From an uncultured Chloroflexia bacterium (lineage in GTDB: Bacteria > Chloroflexota > Anaerolineae > B4-G1 > SLSP01), in assembly GCA_963751345.1 (NCBI GenBank), contig CAVVUS010000018.1:192001-256000 (forward strand): a stretch of 64,000 bases of DNA, given 5' to 3'. The notes under the pieces were generated by a model, which had not been told where the DNA came from, did not search any database, and was given only the letters and a program-made list of their open reading frames with translations. Position numbers and translations under genes: made by a program. Of this stretch, positions 8,782 through 17,825 are shown piece after piece; within the stretch, counting starts at the first letter, position 1; each line of letters begins with the position of its first letter.

Positions 8782-11538
8782 ATGGACATTCTGGGAGAAG
8801 CCATTCAGGTCATCGCTGAGCCGCCGGGAGATCTTGTCTATTTCCTGGTGATGCTCTTTGCTCTCCAGCAAGCCCTCGTCTCGGCCCTGGCAGCAGATCG
8901 GGCGAACCCCGGGCAGCCGCTCGCCCGCCGGTGGCTTTGGGCAGTCGGCGGAATGCTGATCGGACGCATCGCGCTCATTGTGCTGGGATTGCTGGGCGTG
9001 ACAGGCCTGCTTGACCCTTCGGGCGTGCTTCCCCCACTTGAACGTTGGCTTATCATCGCCAGTGCGCTGGCAATGGTATGGGCCTCGCTTGCCGGCGCCT
9101 TCTCGCAGCGATGGCATACGCCGGTCGTGGTCGGGCTCCTCGCACTCAGTCTCGTCATCTACGGCTACGATGCAATCGCTCAGTCGGCTTCCGCTACCCT
9201 TATCTTGCTCCCCGGCAATAGCGCCCTCTGGGAGCAAGCAGGCGTCCTGCTTGTTCTCGTCCTGGCAACCACGATGATGGCACTGTTACGGCCCCCCGAA
9301 TGGGAGTGGGGGCTGGGCGCGCTGTTCTTCTGGGCTGCAGGAACGGTAGCGCAGCTTGTCCTGGTGAATCCCGTGAGCCCGATCGATGGGTGGCAGCGTC
9401 TCGCTTCGCTGGTGGCACTCCCGTTGTTGTCGATCCTGGTCTACCGCCAGGTTCATGAGGTGGGGGCCCAGCGTCCGGGGAATGTACGTCCGTCGGACGC
9501 CCTGCCGCTGGTCGAGGTTGTTCAAAGCATCAGCCGGGCGAGCGACCTGGAGTCAACGCTGATCGTCGCCTCCTCGAAGTTGGCCAGTCTATTGCGTGTG
9601 GAAATGTGTACGTTGGCGCTTGCCGAGATCGACGCACCCGACGGTGCGCAGGCCCCCGAATCTCTCCAGGTGGTGGCGATACATCCGCCGACGGCGGTAC
9701 AGATGGATCCACCCCGGCTCGATCTGGCCAACTATGAGGGCCTCCGCGTCGCCTATGTGGAGCGTCGGGTGGTAACGTCGTCTGCGTCCGACGCCACCCC
9801 CTGGCTTACAGGGTTCTACGCGGCGCTGGGCTTGGCTGAGTTCTTGCCGCTCGCGGTGATTCCACTTCGGCATCAGGGCCGCTCGCTCGGTTTGATGCTG
9901 CTTGGAGGACCCCAGGATGCCCGGTCATGGCACGAGCAGGATCTCGAAGATGCCACCTTGGTTGCCGGAATCATAGCGGAGGCCATCGCATCTGTGCGCG
10001 GGAATGGCGCGTGGGCTCGCGAGAGCGGCGGTACACAACTTACCGCCACGGAAAAGATGGCGGCCCCGCAGGATCAACAGAAGCTGATGGAGGTCGTGGC
10101 ACAGGCCAAACAGCAGATTCGCACCCTGAATGGTCGAATTCGCACGCTGGTTCAGGAGATCAAAGTGCGAGACGAGGAGATTCTCTCGCTGAACACCGAG
10201 CTGGACTCGCATGCTCCGGCCGCGCCCGAGACGGACTTGGTCGTCTGGCAGAACGAGGTCCGGCAGCTCATTGAAGAGCGGGAAACCCTTCATCGCAAAA
10301 TCGAGGAGCTGACGGAGGATCGCGATCTGTTTGAGGCCGAGCGCGCGCGTCTGAATCGGGATCTCATAGCTGCCAAGGATCAGCTTGAGCAAGTCGATGG
10401 ACATCGCGAGCGCCTGGAAGAAGAGGTCCTCGACCTCCAGGCACGCTTGGAGGAGACCGGCCCACAACCTGTCGAGGTCAATGCCCCGGAGGCCTCGGTG
10501 CTCTCTGCCGAGATGTCGGCGAATTACGGTTCTGTCGGTCTGGTGGTTGCTGACGAAGATGGTCAGATCACTATGGTGGACGCGCCCGCTCGCCACATCC
10601 TGCGTTTGCCTGTCGGGGACATCGTTGGGATGCCTCTCAACGGAGCTTATCCCGATGCCAACTGGGCGCAGGCGGTCGACAGTCTGCTTTCGCACTCGAA
10701 AAACGGCGGCCCCTACCGCGCTCATCTCAGCCTGGCCGTCGACGGGGATACAGTTGAAGCGGAATTGGCCGCATTGCACGGGCGGGACGGACAGGTCGAT
10801 GGCCTCGTCATCACGCTGCGTTCTTCTGAGAATGATGCCGAGCGCCATGAGGCGATGATCAGCCTCGCGAGCGACTTCCGTACGCCGATGACGGCTATCA
10901 CCGGATACACCGAGCTGCTTCTCGGGGAGCAAGCCGGCATCCTCACCGCGATGCAGCAGCAATTCCTTGAGCGCGTGAAGGCCAACGTGGAGCAACTCAA
11001 CCACCTGCTGAACGATCTTAACCAGATCGCGTCTCCAGACCCTCACTCATTAGAGCTGTCACCCCAACCGGTCAACCTCATTGAGATTATCGAGGAGGCG
11101 GTGATGGGGTTGGCCGCGCGATTCCGCGAACGCAGGCTGACGGTACAGCTCGACCTCCCTGCGGAGCTGTCCGCCGTGCGGGCAGATCGCGACAGTTTGT
11201 ATCAGATCATGTTGCGGCTGCTTTCAAATGCTGCGCTGTGCTCAACAGAAGGGGCCCAGGTTGTCATCGGCGCCCGTGAAGAGAGTTTCGAAGACGAGGT
11301 AAGTCACCTTCGGATTTCAGTTACCGATACGGGCGGCGGCATTGCGCCTGAGGATTATTCGCGTGTTTTCAGGCGCTTCTACCGGGCTAATCAGCCGCTG
11401 GTGGAAGGGATGGGCGAGACCGGCGTTGGCATGGCCGTCGCAAAGGCACTGGTTGAGGCGAATGGCGGGCGTATCTGGGTTGAGAGCGAAGAAAACGTGG
11501 GAAGCACCTTCAGCTTCCTATTGCCGGTGGAACCCTAG
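8782..11538 (+). CDS. Membrane sensor histidine-kinase-like protein (multi-TM, GAF, coiled coil, PAS, HisKA-like, HATPase) lacking the H-box histidine
   Basis: H-box reads LASDFRTPM (Ser where His is expected); N box LLSNA, G1 DTGGGI, G2 GVGMAVAK, GGRIW intact. Confidence 0.85.
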   Translation: MDILGEAIQVIAEPPGDLVYFLVMLFALQQALVSALAADRANPGQPLARRWLWAVGGMLIGRIALIVLGLLGVTGLLDPSGVLPPLERWLIIASALAMVWASLAGAFSQRWHTPVVVGLLALSLVIYGYDAIAQSASATLILLPGNSALWEQAGVLLVLVLATTMMALLRPPEWEWGLGALFFWAAGTVAQLVLVNPVSPIDGWQRLASLVALPLLSILVYRQVHEVGAQRPGNVRPSDALPLVEVVQSISRASDLESTLIVASSKLASLLRVEMCTLALAEIDAPDGAQAPESLQVVAIHPPTAVQMDPPRLDLANYEGLRVAYVERRVVTSSASDATPWLTGFYAALGLAEFLPLAVIPLRHQGRSLGLMLLGGPQDARSWHEQDLEDATLVAGIIAEAIASVRGNGAWARESGGTQLTATEKMAAPQDQQKLMEVVAQAKQQIRTLNGRIRTLVQEIKVRDEEILSLNTELDSHAPAAPETDLVVWQNEVRQLIEERETLHRKIEELTEDRDLFEAERARLNRDLIAAKDQLEQVDGHRERLEEEVLDLQARLEETGPQPVEVNAPEASVLSAEMSANYGSVGLVVADEDGQITMVDAPARHILRLPVGDIVGMPLNGAYPDANWAQAVDSLLSHSKNGGPYRAHLSLAVDGDTVEAELAALHGRDGQVDGLVITLRSSENDAERHEAMISLASDFRTPMTAITGYTELLLGEQAGILTAMQQQFLERVKANVEQLNHLLNDLNQIASPDPHSLELSPQPVNLIEIIEEAVMGLAARFRERRLTVQLDLPAELSAVRADRDSLYQIMLRLLSNAALCSTEGAQVVIGAREESFEDEVSHLRISVTDTGGGIAPEDYSRVFRRFYRANQPLVEGMGETGVGMAVAKALVEANGGRIWVESEENVGSTFSFLLPVEP

Positions 11539-11564
11539 GATGCGGCATCCAGGAGACCGGCCGC

Positions 11565-12575
11565 GTGGATAGTTCATTTTGGCGCATCGTGAGAGTGCTG
11601 GGCATTGGGGTTCTCGTTCTTTTGGCTGTTGTCGCGAGCATTTGGCTGGCTCGGGCGGACGTGCTTATGACGTCGCGCTCGCCGCGCGAGACCTACTCGC
11701 TGCCGACGCCGACTTTGTTCCCCACGACCGCCCCGACGATCGCCACAGCGACTTCCGGCGAGCCCACGCAGATCTCTCCGACTTCGCCGACCGAGATGCC
11801 CGTGCCGTCGGCAACGACCGTCCGCGAGGCCACACCTACGCCAACGCCTTGTGCACCGGCGGAGGGCTGGATGGCTTACACGGTGCAGGCTGGAGATACC
11901 TACTTCGAATTGGCCCGGCGCGGTCAGACCAATATCCAGGGATTGCTGGCGGGCAACTGCCTCGAAGAGACGGGTGAGTTGAAGGCGGGGTCAACCATCT
12001 ACCTGCCCCCGGTAGCAGTAGCTCAGGCAACGCCGGCGCCGGTAGTCGTGACGTGCCGGCCTCAATCGGGGTGGCCGATCATCACCGTCCAGCCGGGCGA
12101 CACACTCTACGCGCTCTCAATCCGGTACGGTAGCACCGTCGCGGGGCTGATGAAGGCGAATTGTCTTACCAACGATCTGGTCAAGGTGGGTGAGCGCCTC
12201 CACGTGCCGGGTCCCATCGTAGTCTATCCGACACAGCGTCCCACCGTCGTATGGCCGACGTGGACACCTGCGCCTACGATCACTCCGCCTCCGACAGTCA
12301 CGTCTCAGCCGACGTTGACCCCGACGCCTTCGGACACGCCAACGGCGACACTCGAGCCTTCACCGACGCTCGAACCAACGGAGACTCCGGTCCTGATCCC
12401 AACGTGGACACCGCCGCCGACGGGGCCGCTGGTGACGCCTACCCCGACGGTTACGCCCGAGCTCGCCGCCACACCCACGTCGGCGCCGACGGATACACCT
12501 GCGCCTGCGGTGGCGCCGGTTCCGTCAGACACACCTCTTCCGACTGCTACCGCGCCCAGCGATCCGGACCCCTAG
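11565..12575 (+). CDS. LysM peptidoglycan-binding protein (two LysM) with Pro/Thr-rich linkers
   Basis: YTVQAGDTYFELA...GNCL and TVQPGDTLYALS...ANCL; N-terminal TM; PT-rich tail. Confidence 0.85.
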   Translation: MDSSFWRIVRVLGIGVLVLLAVVASIWLARADVLMTSRSPRETYSLPTPTLFPTTAPTIATATSGEPTQISPTSPTEMPVPSATTVREATPTPTPCAPAEGWMAYTVQAGDTYFELARRGQTNIQGLLAGNCLEETGELKAGSTIYLPPVAVAQATPAPVVVTCRPQSGWPIITVQPGDTLYALSIRYGSTVAGLMKANCLTNDLVKVGERLHVPGPIVVYPTQRPTVVWPTWTPAPTITPPPTVTSQPTLTPTPSDTPTATLEPSPTLEPTETPVLIPTWTPPPTGPLVTPTPTVTPELAATPTSAPTDTPAPAVAPVPSDTPLPTATAPSDPDP

Positions 12576-12602
12576 ATATCGAGGTCGCGGAGCTGCACGA
12601 CA

Positions 12603-12637
12603 ACGGCCCGAGCACCGGATTCCGGCGCTCGGGCCGT
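12603..12637. terminator. Hairpin between convergent genes
   Basis: ACGGCCCGAGCACCGG-ATT-CCGGCGCTCGGGCCGT, 16-bp stem with one mismatch. Confidence 0.5.
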
Positions 12638-12676
12638 CGCTTCATGATGATCAGGCGCGTAGGGTGGATAGGGCCC

Positions 12677-13999
12677 CTATCGAGGCTCCCATTTCACAGC
12701 GTCAAACCCGATCAGTCGCGTGCGGTAGGGCTCATAGGTCACATCGGCGAGTGAGACATAGTCGTTACTGGTACCTGCGAATCTATACGTACCCAGCGAC
12801 ACCCACTGCCCCCCGTTGGCAGACTGGTTTACAATCCGCAACGTGTAGCCATTCGCGTGACGCACCCAGTAGCGGGCTTGCCCCGTCGTGGTGTACTGAT
12901 CCGGAATGTAGACGAATACCTCATACCAGCGTGCCTGGAGGCTGGGATACCAGCGTGCCCAGTTGTAGTTGTACTGCGCTGAGTAGTTGTTGTAGGTCCA
13001 CGTCAACCGGCCATTGTATCCTTGTGCGACCGTGCGCCAGCCACCGGCTGCGCCGCCCCTGACGAAGCCGGGGTCCGTGTCATCCACCACGACGGTACCG
13101 GCAGTTGGCGGCGGGGTCGGCGGTGCCACTGTACCCGAGTTCCAGGCCAGTTTCGCTACGGCCAGGCCGGTCTGTTCGAAGTACTGCACCTCGATGGTGA
13201 TAGGCCCACCGGGCAGATAGAGAAGCCCGCTGTACGTGGTCGCCGCTTCTTCGTACCAGGCGTCCACCAACAGATGGCCGTTGACCCACAGCCGTGCCCC
13301 ATCGTCGATCGTCAGTTGGAAAGTGTAGTTCCCCGCCGGCAAATCGATGCTCTGGGTCCACCGCGCCGAGAAATGATCGCTGTTGATGGTCCCAGCCAGT
13401 GGCGACCCGCTGCCCCAGTCGTAGTTGACACTGGCCTCGTTGCGGACCAGGGCGGGCGTGCCGCTCAAGGTCGTGTTGTTGTAGTATTCAGCATGCCAGT
13501 TGCCGGTCGCCGGGACCGGCGTGGTCGCAAGATGCCACTGCACCTTGGCAACGGCTAACTCGGTCTGCTCGAAGTACTCCACCGTGATCAGGTGGTGTCC
13601 GGCAGCCAGATAGGCCTGTGCGGTATACGCCTCCGCGGGATGCACATACCATTTGTCCAAGATCAGGTTGCCGTCCTCCCACACGCGGATGCCGTCATCG
13701 CTCGTGACCGTGAACTCGTACGTCCCCGGTGTCACGTCGATGTAACGTGTCCAGCGTGCGGAGAAATAGTCCGCGTTGATCACACCCGGCGCGGGTGAAC
13801 CGTACCCCCAGTCGTGGTCGATGTTCGCCTCAGCTTGCGTGAAGGCAGGCGTACCGGAGAGACTGGTGTTATTCCAGTAGCTGGCCTGCCACGTAGGGTC
13901 TGAGTGCTGGGGCGTGACCGGCCCCTGGGCTGAGACCGGTGCGGCCAGCGCCAGAAGCATCCCCGTCAGAAGACCCAAAATTGTCGCTCGTTTCAGCAT
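12677..13999 (-). CDS. Secreted protein with two PA14 domains and a C-terminal golvesin/CBM-like beta-sandwich
   Basis: Signal peptide; two W..YY/WNN..LSG...DWG.GSP...FSARW...DDG.R...EY/QYFE repeats; C-terminal VVDD...YEVFVY...WVSLGTYRF. Confidence 0.8.
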   Translation of the reverse strand: MLKRATILGLLTGMLLALAAPVSAQGPVTPQHSDPTWQASYWNNTSLSGTPAFTQAEANIDHDWGYGSPAPGVINADYFSARWTRYIDVTPGTYEFTVTSDDGIRVWEDGNLILDKWYVHPAEAYTAQAYLAAGHHLITVEYFEQTELAVAKVQWHLATTPVPATGNWHAEYYNNTTLSGTPALVRNEASVNYDWGSGSPLAGTINSDHFSARWTQSIDLPAGNYTFQLTIDDGARLWVNGHLLVDAWYEEAATTYSGLLYLPGGPITIEVQYFEQTGLAVAKLAWNSGTVAPPTPPPTAGTVVVDDTDPGFVRGGAAGGWRTVAQGYNGRLTWTYNNYSAQYNYNWARWYPSLQARWYEVFVYIPDQYTTTGQARYWVRHANGYTLRIVNQSANGGQWVSLGTYRFAGTSNDYVSLADVTYEPYRTRLIGFDAVKWEPR

Positions 14000-14262
14000 C
14001 GTCGTGACCTCCTTCTTACCTTCGAACTTCGTGCCTTCCCATTCCAGCACAGAACGGAGCCAAATGCTGCTGAATCTAGGACGACGTAGTCATCTCAATT
14101 GTTCCACGTGACAGCTCCATGATCTCAAAAAAACGGTTGCCTGTGCGTTACGATCGGATAACGCTTATGTGTCGCTCGACTGCTTCTGGCTTGACGGAAG
14201 CATTCGTCTTAGCCCTTGACTGACCTATACTTGCGGCAGTCTTGAGGAAAAGGAGTATGGAA

Positions 14263-14784
14263 ATGGCAGATCGCACCGCGCCATGCCTGCCACCGAATGT
14301 CACGATCCGCAATGACATACGGCCCGGCGACATTGGTATGGTGACTTACTTGCACGGGGTCCTTTACGCCGAGGCTTATGGGTGGGATCCTACGTTCGAG
14401 GCCTACGTCGCGGGCCCACTATCGGAGTTTGTGAAGTCGCAGAGCGCCCGCGAGCGAATCTGGCTCGTCGAACGTGATGGACAGATGGCGGGCTCGATCG
14501 CAATTGTGGATGCCGGGGAGGGCAGAGCTCAACTCCGCTGGCTTCTGCTTCATCCGGACCTCCGAGGCTATGGTCTGGGTCGCCGGCTGGTTGAGGACGC
14601 GATCGACTTCTCTCGGGCCCAGGGCTATCATACCCTCTTTCTGTGGACGGTTACCAACGTGGCGGTGGCGGTCGGGCTCTACAAATCCCTCGGATTCCGT
14701 CTTACGGAGGAGGCCGTCCATCCCCTATGGGGTGACGTGGTCACGGAGCAGCGCTACGAGTTGGCCCTCCCGCCTCTGCCGTAA
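14263..14784 (+). CDS. GNAT family N-acetyltransferase
   Basis: AQLRWLLLHPDLRGYGLGRRL acetyl-CoA motif, LYKSLGF. Confidence 0.85.
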   Translation: MADRTAPCLPPNVTIRNDIRPGDIGMVTYLHGVLYAEAYGWDPTFEAYVAGPLSEFVKSQSARERIWLVERDGQMAGSIAIVDAGEGRAQLRWLLLHPDLRGYGLGRRLVEDAIDFSRAQGYHTLFLWTVTNVAVAVGLYKSLGFRLTEEAVHPLWGDVVTEQRYELALPPLP

Positions 14785-14840
14785 GGGGGGCGGCGCGAAG
14801 GACATATCGCGCCCCCGGAAGCGGCAATTTCGGACCCTTT

Positions 14841-15605
14841 TCAGAACCTTATGCCACAGTCGAAGGGCACAAGGTCTTTGTGTGAGATGTCGAGGATGGT
14901 GTGGGGAAAAGCTCGGTGAATGGTATAGATCTCCTGTCGGAACCCGCCCCATTGTGAGAAGGTCACGACCTGTACCTCCACTGTCTCATCGCCCATCGTC
15001 ACCTGGGGCTCGAAGTCAAGCTTGAGGGCCTTGGTTTGGGTCCTGTTGTCCATGGGCGCGCCGGACCTCTCGCTTGCCTTGATCACTTGGCCCGCCGCAT
15101 CGCGTGTGCACAGGATCCGGCGATCGTTGTAGCCTGCGTGCCAGAACAGGTAGAATTGGCTGCCCATGACGTCGAGCGTCACCAACTCGAAGAAGCCCTC
15201 GGGAGTGTCGTCGACGTGGACACTGTCCAGATAGGCATGCCCTGCTGTGTCTCCGTCCACACCTCGCATGTACGCCGCATAGGTCTCAAACGCAGGCTGG
15301 TCGCCCGGCCTGACGTACAGGACCGGATGGCCGCCCATGCCATCGAAGTAGTATACGTAGTCGAGGACAAATCCAGGCTCAAGCGAAAGGTGCTTGAGCA
15401 CGGAGAAGTAGTTCATTACGTCGAAATCCTCCGCCGTCCTGGTCGCATCTTCGCGCGTCAAGTGTTGCGGCATTCCGATGCTCTCCGTGAGGCTTGCCAT
15501 ACTTTCGATGGTTGCCTGCCGGCTAGATGCAGCAGGGGGCGTTCCCAACAGGGTGCTGCAGGCCAATGTCAGACTGAACAGTGTCCCAATCACTATCCTC
15601 TTCAT
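14841..15605 (-). CDS. Hypothetical lipoprotein
   Basis: Lipobox LTLAC after a hydrophobic leader; coding-like ORF of 254 aa. Confidence 0.65.
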   Translation of the reverse strand: MKRIVIGTLFSLTLACSTLLGTPPAASSRQATIESMASLTESIGMPQHLTREDATRTAEDFDVMNYFSVLKHLSLEPGFVLDYVYYFDGMGGHPVLYVRPGDQPAFETYAAYMRGVDGDTAGHAYLDSVHVDDTPEGFFELVTLDVMGSQFYLFWHAGYNDRRILCTRDAAGQVIKASERSGAPMDNRTQTKALKLDFEPQVTMGDETVEVQVVTFSQWGGFRQEIYTIHRAFPHTILDISHKDLVPFDCGIRF

Positions 15606-15615
15606 GGCTTCCCCC

Positions 15616-16746
15616 TTACGTGCTATCTGCTCCAGTCGCAGAGCGATTCAGGAAGCGCTGCGGTGGGGCTTCATCCTGTGGGCGCAGCGAATCGCCAAGA
15701 CTGCGCATGGTCTTGCTGAGTGAAGCGGTGAACCAGAGCTTGAGCGGCGAGGGCGTGCCAAGCATGGCGTACACCCGACGCACGATCGAAGCAGTTGCGC
15801 CGGATTGGGCGCAGGCAGCCGGCAGCGGCACGTCGTCGATCCAGGCGTCGATCGCCCTGACCCAAGCGCGCATCTGGGCCATCCATGTCTGGACGCTCAG
15901 CGCATCCTCCGGGGGCGCGTGTAGCGCTTCTGTATCCATATGTCCAACGGCAGAGATGAGGTTGTCGATCCACCGGTCGAACCGAAAGTGGCACGGCTGT
16001 TCCTCCGGTCGTGCCATCATCCGTCGGAGACTGTTTTCCGGTTCGCCTGGTTGAAGTCGTTCTGCGACCGTACTGAGAACATCGTTGTCGTCCGGTGCCA
16101 TCGCAGCGTCCATCTTGAACGGAACATAGAGGGGGTAACGCAGGGCTCCGCTTTGCTGTAGGTCAAGCCATGGGCGACGCAATCCCTGCTTGATGACCCG
16201 GCATAGGTGTCCCACCAGCCACCGCTTGATGGGGGTTGACTCCCCCAGCTCCGTCCAGATCCATTCCTCCCTCTCCCCGTACGTGCACTTCGGATGCGAT
16301 GTAGTGAGTGGATGACCCGCGGTCAGGCCGCACAACCAGGTATAGAGGACGGCAAGTGTGTCCAGGCGGCGGTCCAGGAGCACGATCGGATAGAGGGAAT
16401 CCTGACGGGCCCGCCAGTTCATGGTGTCCGCAAGCGTCCCAAAGCTACACCACGTCACCGCACGGCTCCGCCGGAGTTGCCCAATTCCGCGCAGAAGGGT
16501 TTCAAGATTCGCGAAGTAGGCTACGTTGCAGTGTTGCGTCGCAACCTGGATCTCAATACGTAGACGGGCCAGGTCATCGCCGCAGGTGCTGAACGCCTCC
16601 GGCGTCTCCAGGATCGGGATAGATCTCGGCAGCTTGGCTTCCATCGCATCGATCCAGGTGATTTCCGGGTCGTGGTGATAGCTGCCGTTGGTCGGGAACT
16701 CGGGCGCCACCCAGCGCATGGAATTGGTATAATTATGTTCACTCAT
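15616..16746 (-). CDS. Hypothetical protein with internal two-fold repeat
   Basis: 376-aa ORF directly downstream of a consensus promoter; duplicated C...L..IG/VG and LG..TP.K.W motifs. Confidence 0.65.
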   Translation of the reverse strand: MSEHNYTNSMRWVAPEFPTNGSYHHDPEITWIDAMEAKLPRSIPILETPEAFSTCGDDLARLRIEIQVATQHCNVAYFANLETLLRGIGQLRRSRAVTWCSFGTLADTMNWRARQDSLYPIVLLDRRLDTLAVLYTWLCGLTAGHPLTTSHPKCTYGEREEWIWTELGESTPIKRWLVGHLCRVIKQGLRRPWLDLQQSGALRYPLYVPFKMDAAMAPDDNDVLSTVAERLQPGEPENSLRRMMARPEEQPCHFRFDRWIDNLISAVGHMDTEALHAPPEDALSVQTWMAQMRAWVRAIDAWIDDVPLPAACAQSGATASIVRRVYAMLGTPSPLKLWFTASLSKTMRSLGDSLRPQDEAPPQRFLNRSATGADST

Positions 16747-16755
16747 TTGTTGTTT

Positions 16756-16784
16756 ATTATGAGGCTACCGTTGTATCGTGTCAA
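16756..16784 (-). promoter_or_regulatory. sigma70-type promoter, near-leaderless
   Basis: Minus strand TTGACA-17 nt-CATAAT, 9 nt before ATG 16746. Confidence 0.6.
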
Positions 16785-16832
16785 GCCATTTCCCGTGGTA
16801 CCTTGGCTCTGATGGGTCAAGAGCAGTCTCTC

Positions 16833-17825
16833 TCACAATCTCGCCAGATCATCGAAATCGAGGCCGACATATGGGATCCCGCTCGTCACACGCTCTCGAC
16901 GACCGGGCATGAATCGGTCGACCCAGAAATCGCCGGACCTTTCACCGGGGCGATAGGTAGGCTCCAACAGCGTATAGTAGCTGATCTCCAGTAGCTTGAG
17001 GAAGAGAGGAAGCTTTCCCAACCAGACAGCATCCAGTTGTTTCTGAGTTCGATAGCCCTTCAGGTAGGTTTCCAGAAACTGCGCCGCGAACTGCTCCGTG
17101 CCGGTGCCCTCATAGAGGACGAGGATGTCGAAAAGCAGGATTGCGGTATCGAAGATATACCAACCATAGGCGCAATCGTCAAAGTCAAAGAGGGTGATGG
17201 CGTAGGCTTCGTCCGGATCGACAAAGAAGTTGCCGAAGTGGAAGTCCCCGTGGATCATGCCAAAGGTAAGAGGGTCTTTGGGAAGTGCCCGGATTTGCTC
17301 GAGGATCTCGCGTTTCCTGACCTTTATCACGGGGTCGGCGGGCTGATCCACGGAGAAGAGGTCGCCGGTCTCATTCCACGCCGGGCGTCGGAGGGCCGCG
17401 GCTGGCACGTAGCTTTCGGCCAAAGTGTGGATCTTTCCGGCAACCGCCCCAATGTTGTGAAAGTACACGCTCGTCCATTGATCTTGGCGGAGGGTCTCCG
17501 CGAGCACGCCCCGGGCCTTTGTGGTTGCGACAACTGTGTAGCGTTGGTCCCCAACTGCGATGACCGAGATTGGGTCGCCACCGGGTGTGGAGACGGGCCG
17601 GGGCACGGGCGCCCCGTGCTCGGCGAGGTAGGTCGTCCACGCGTGGATTGCGCGAACACTTTCACTATCGGTGCCAGCACCTGGCGGCACGATACGCAGG
17701 ACGCAGGGCGTGCCCTCGAGAACGACCTCGTAGACCGCAGTGGAATGGCCACCCGCTAGCGGCTTTAGGCGGTCGGGTGTTGTGCCGTAGAGCCTGGCAG
17801 CTTCCGCTACGACCAGCTCATTCAT
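16833..17825 (-). CDS. Aminoglycoside-phosphotransferase/homoserine kinase type II-like kinase
   Basis: IHGDFHFGNF and LFDFDDC motifs. Confidence 0.85.
   Translation of the reverse strand: MNELVVAEAARLYGTTPDRLKPLAGGHSTAVYEVVLEGTPCVLRIVPPGAGTDSESVRAIHAWTTYLAEHGAPVPRPVSTPGGDPISVIAVGDQRYTVVATTKARGVLAETLRQDQWTSVYFHNIGAVAGKIHTLAESYVPAAALRRPAWNETGDLFSVDQPADPVIKVRKREILEQIRALPKDPLTFGMIHGDFHFGNFFVDPDEAYAITLFDFDDCAYGWYIFDTAILLFDILVLYEGTGTEQFAAQFLETYLKGYRTQKQLDAVWLGKLPLFLKLLEISYYTLLEPTYRPGERSGDFWVDRFMPGRRERVTSGIPYVGLDFDDLARL

Noticed and set aside
12240-12575. Repetitive CCGAC-rich DNA
   Set aside because: Explained by the Pro/Thr-rich linker of the LysM protein.
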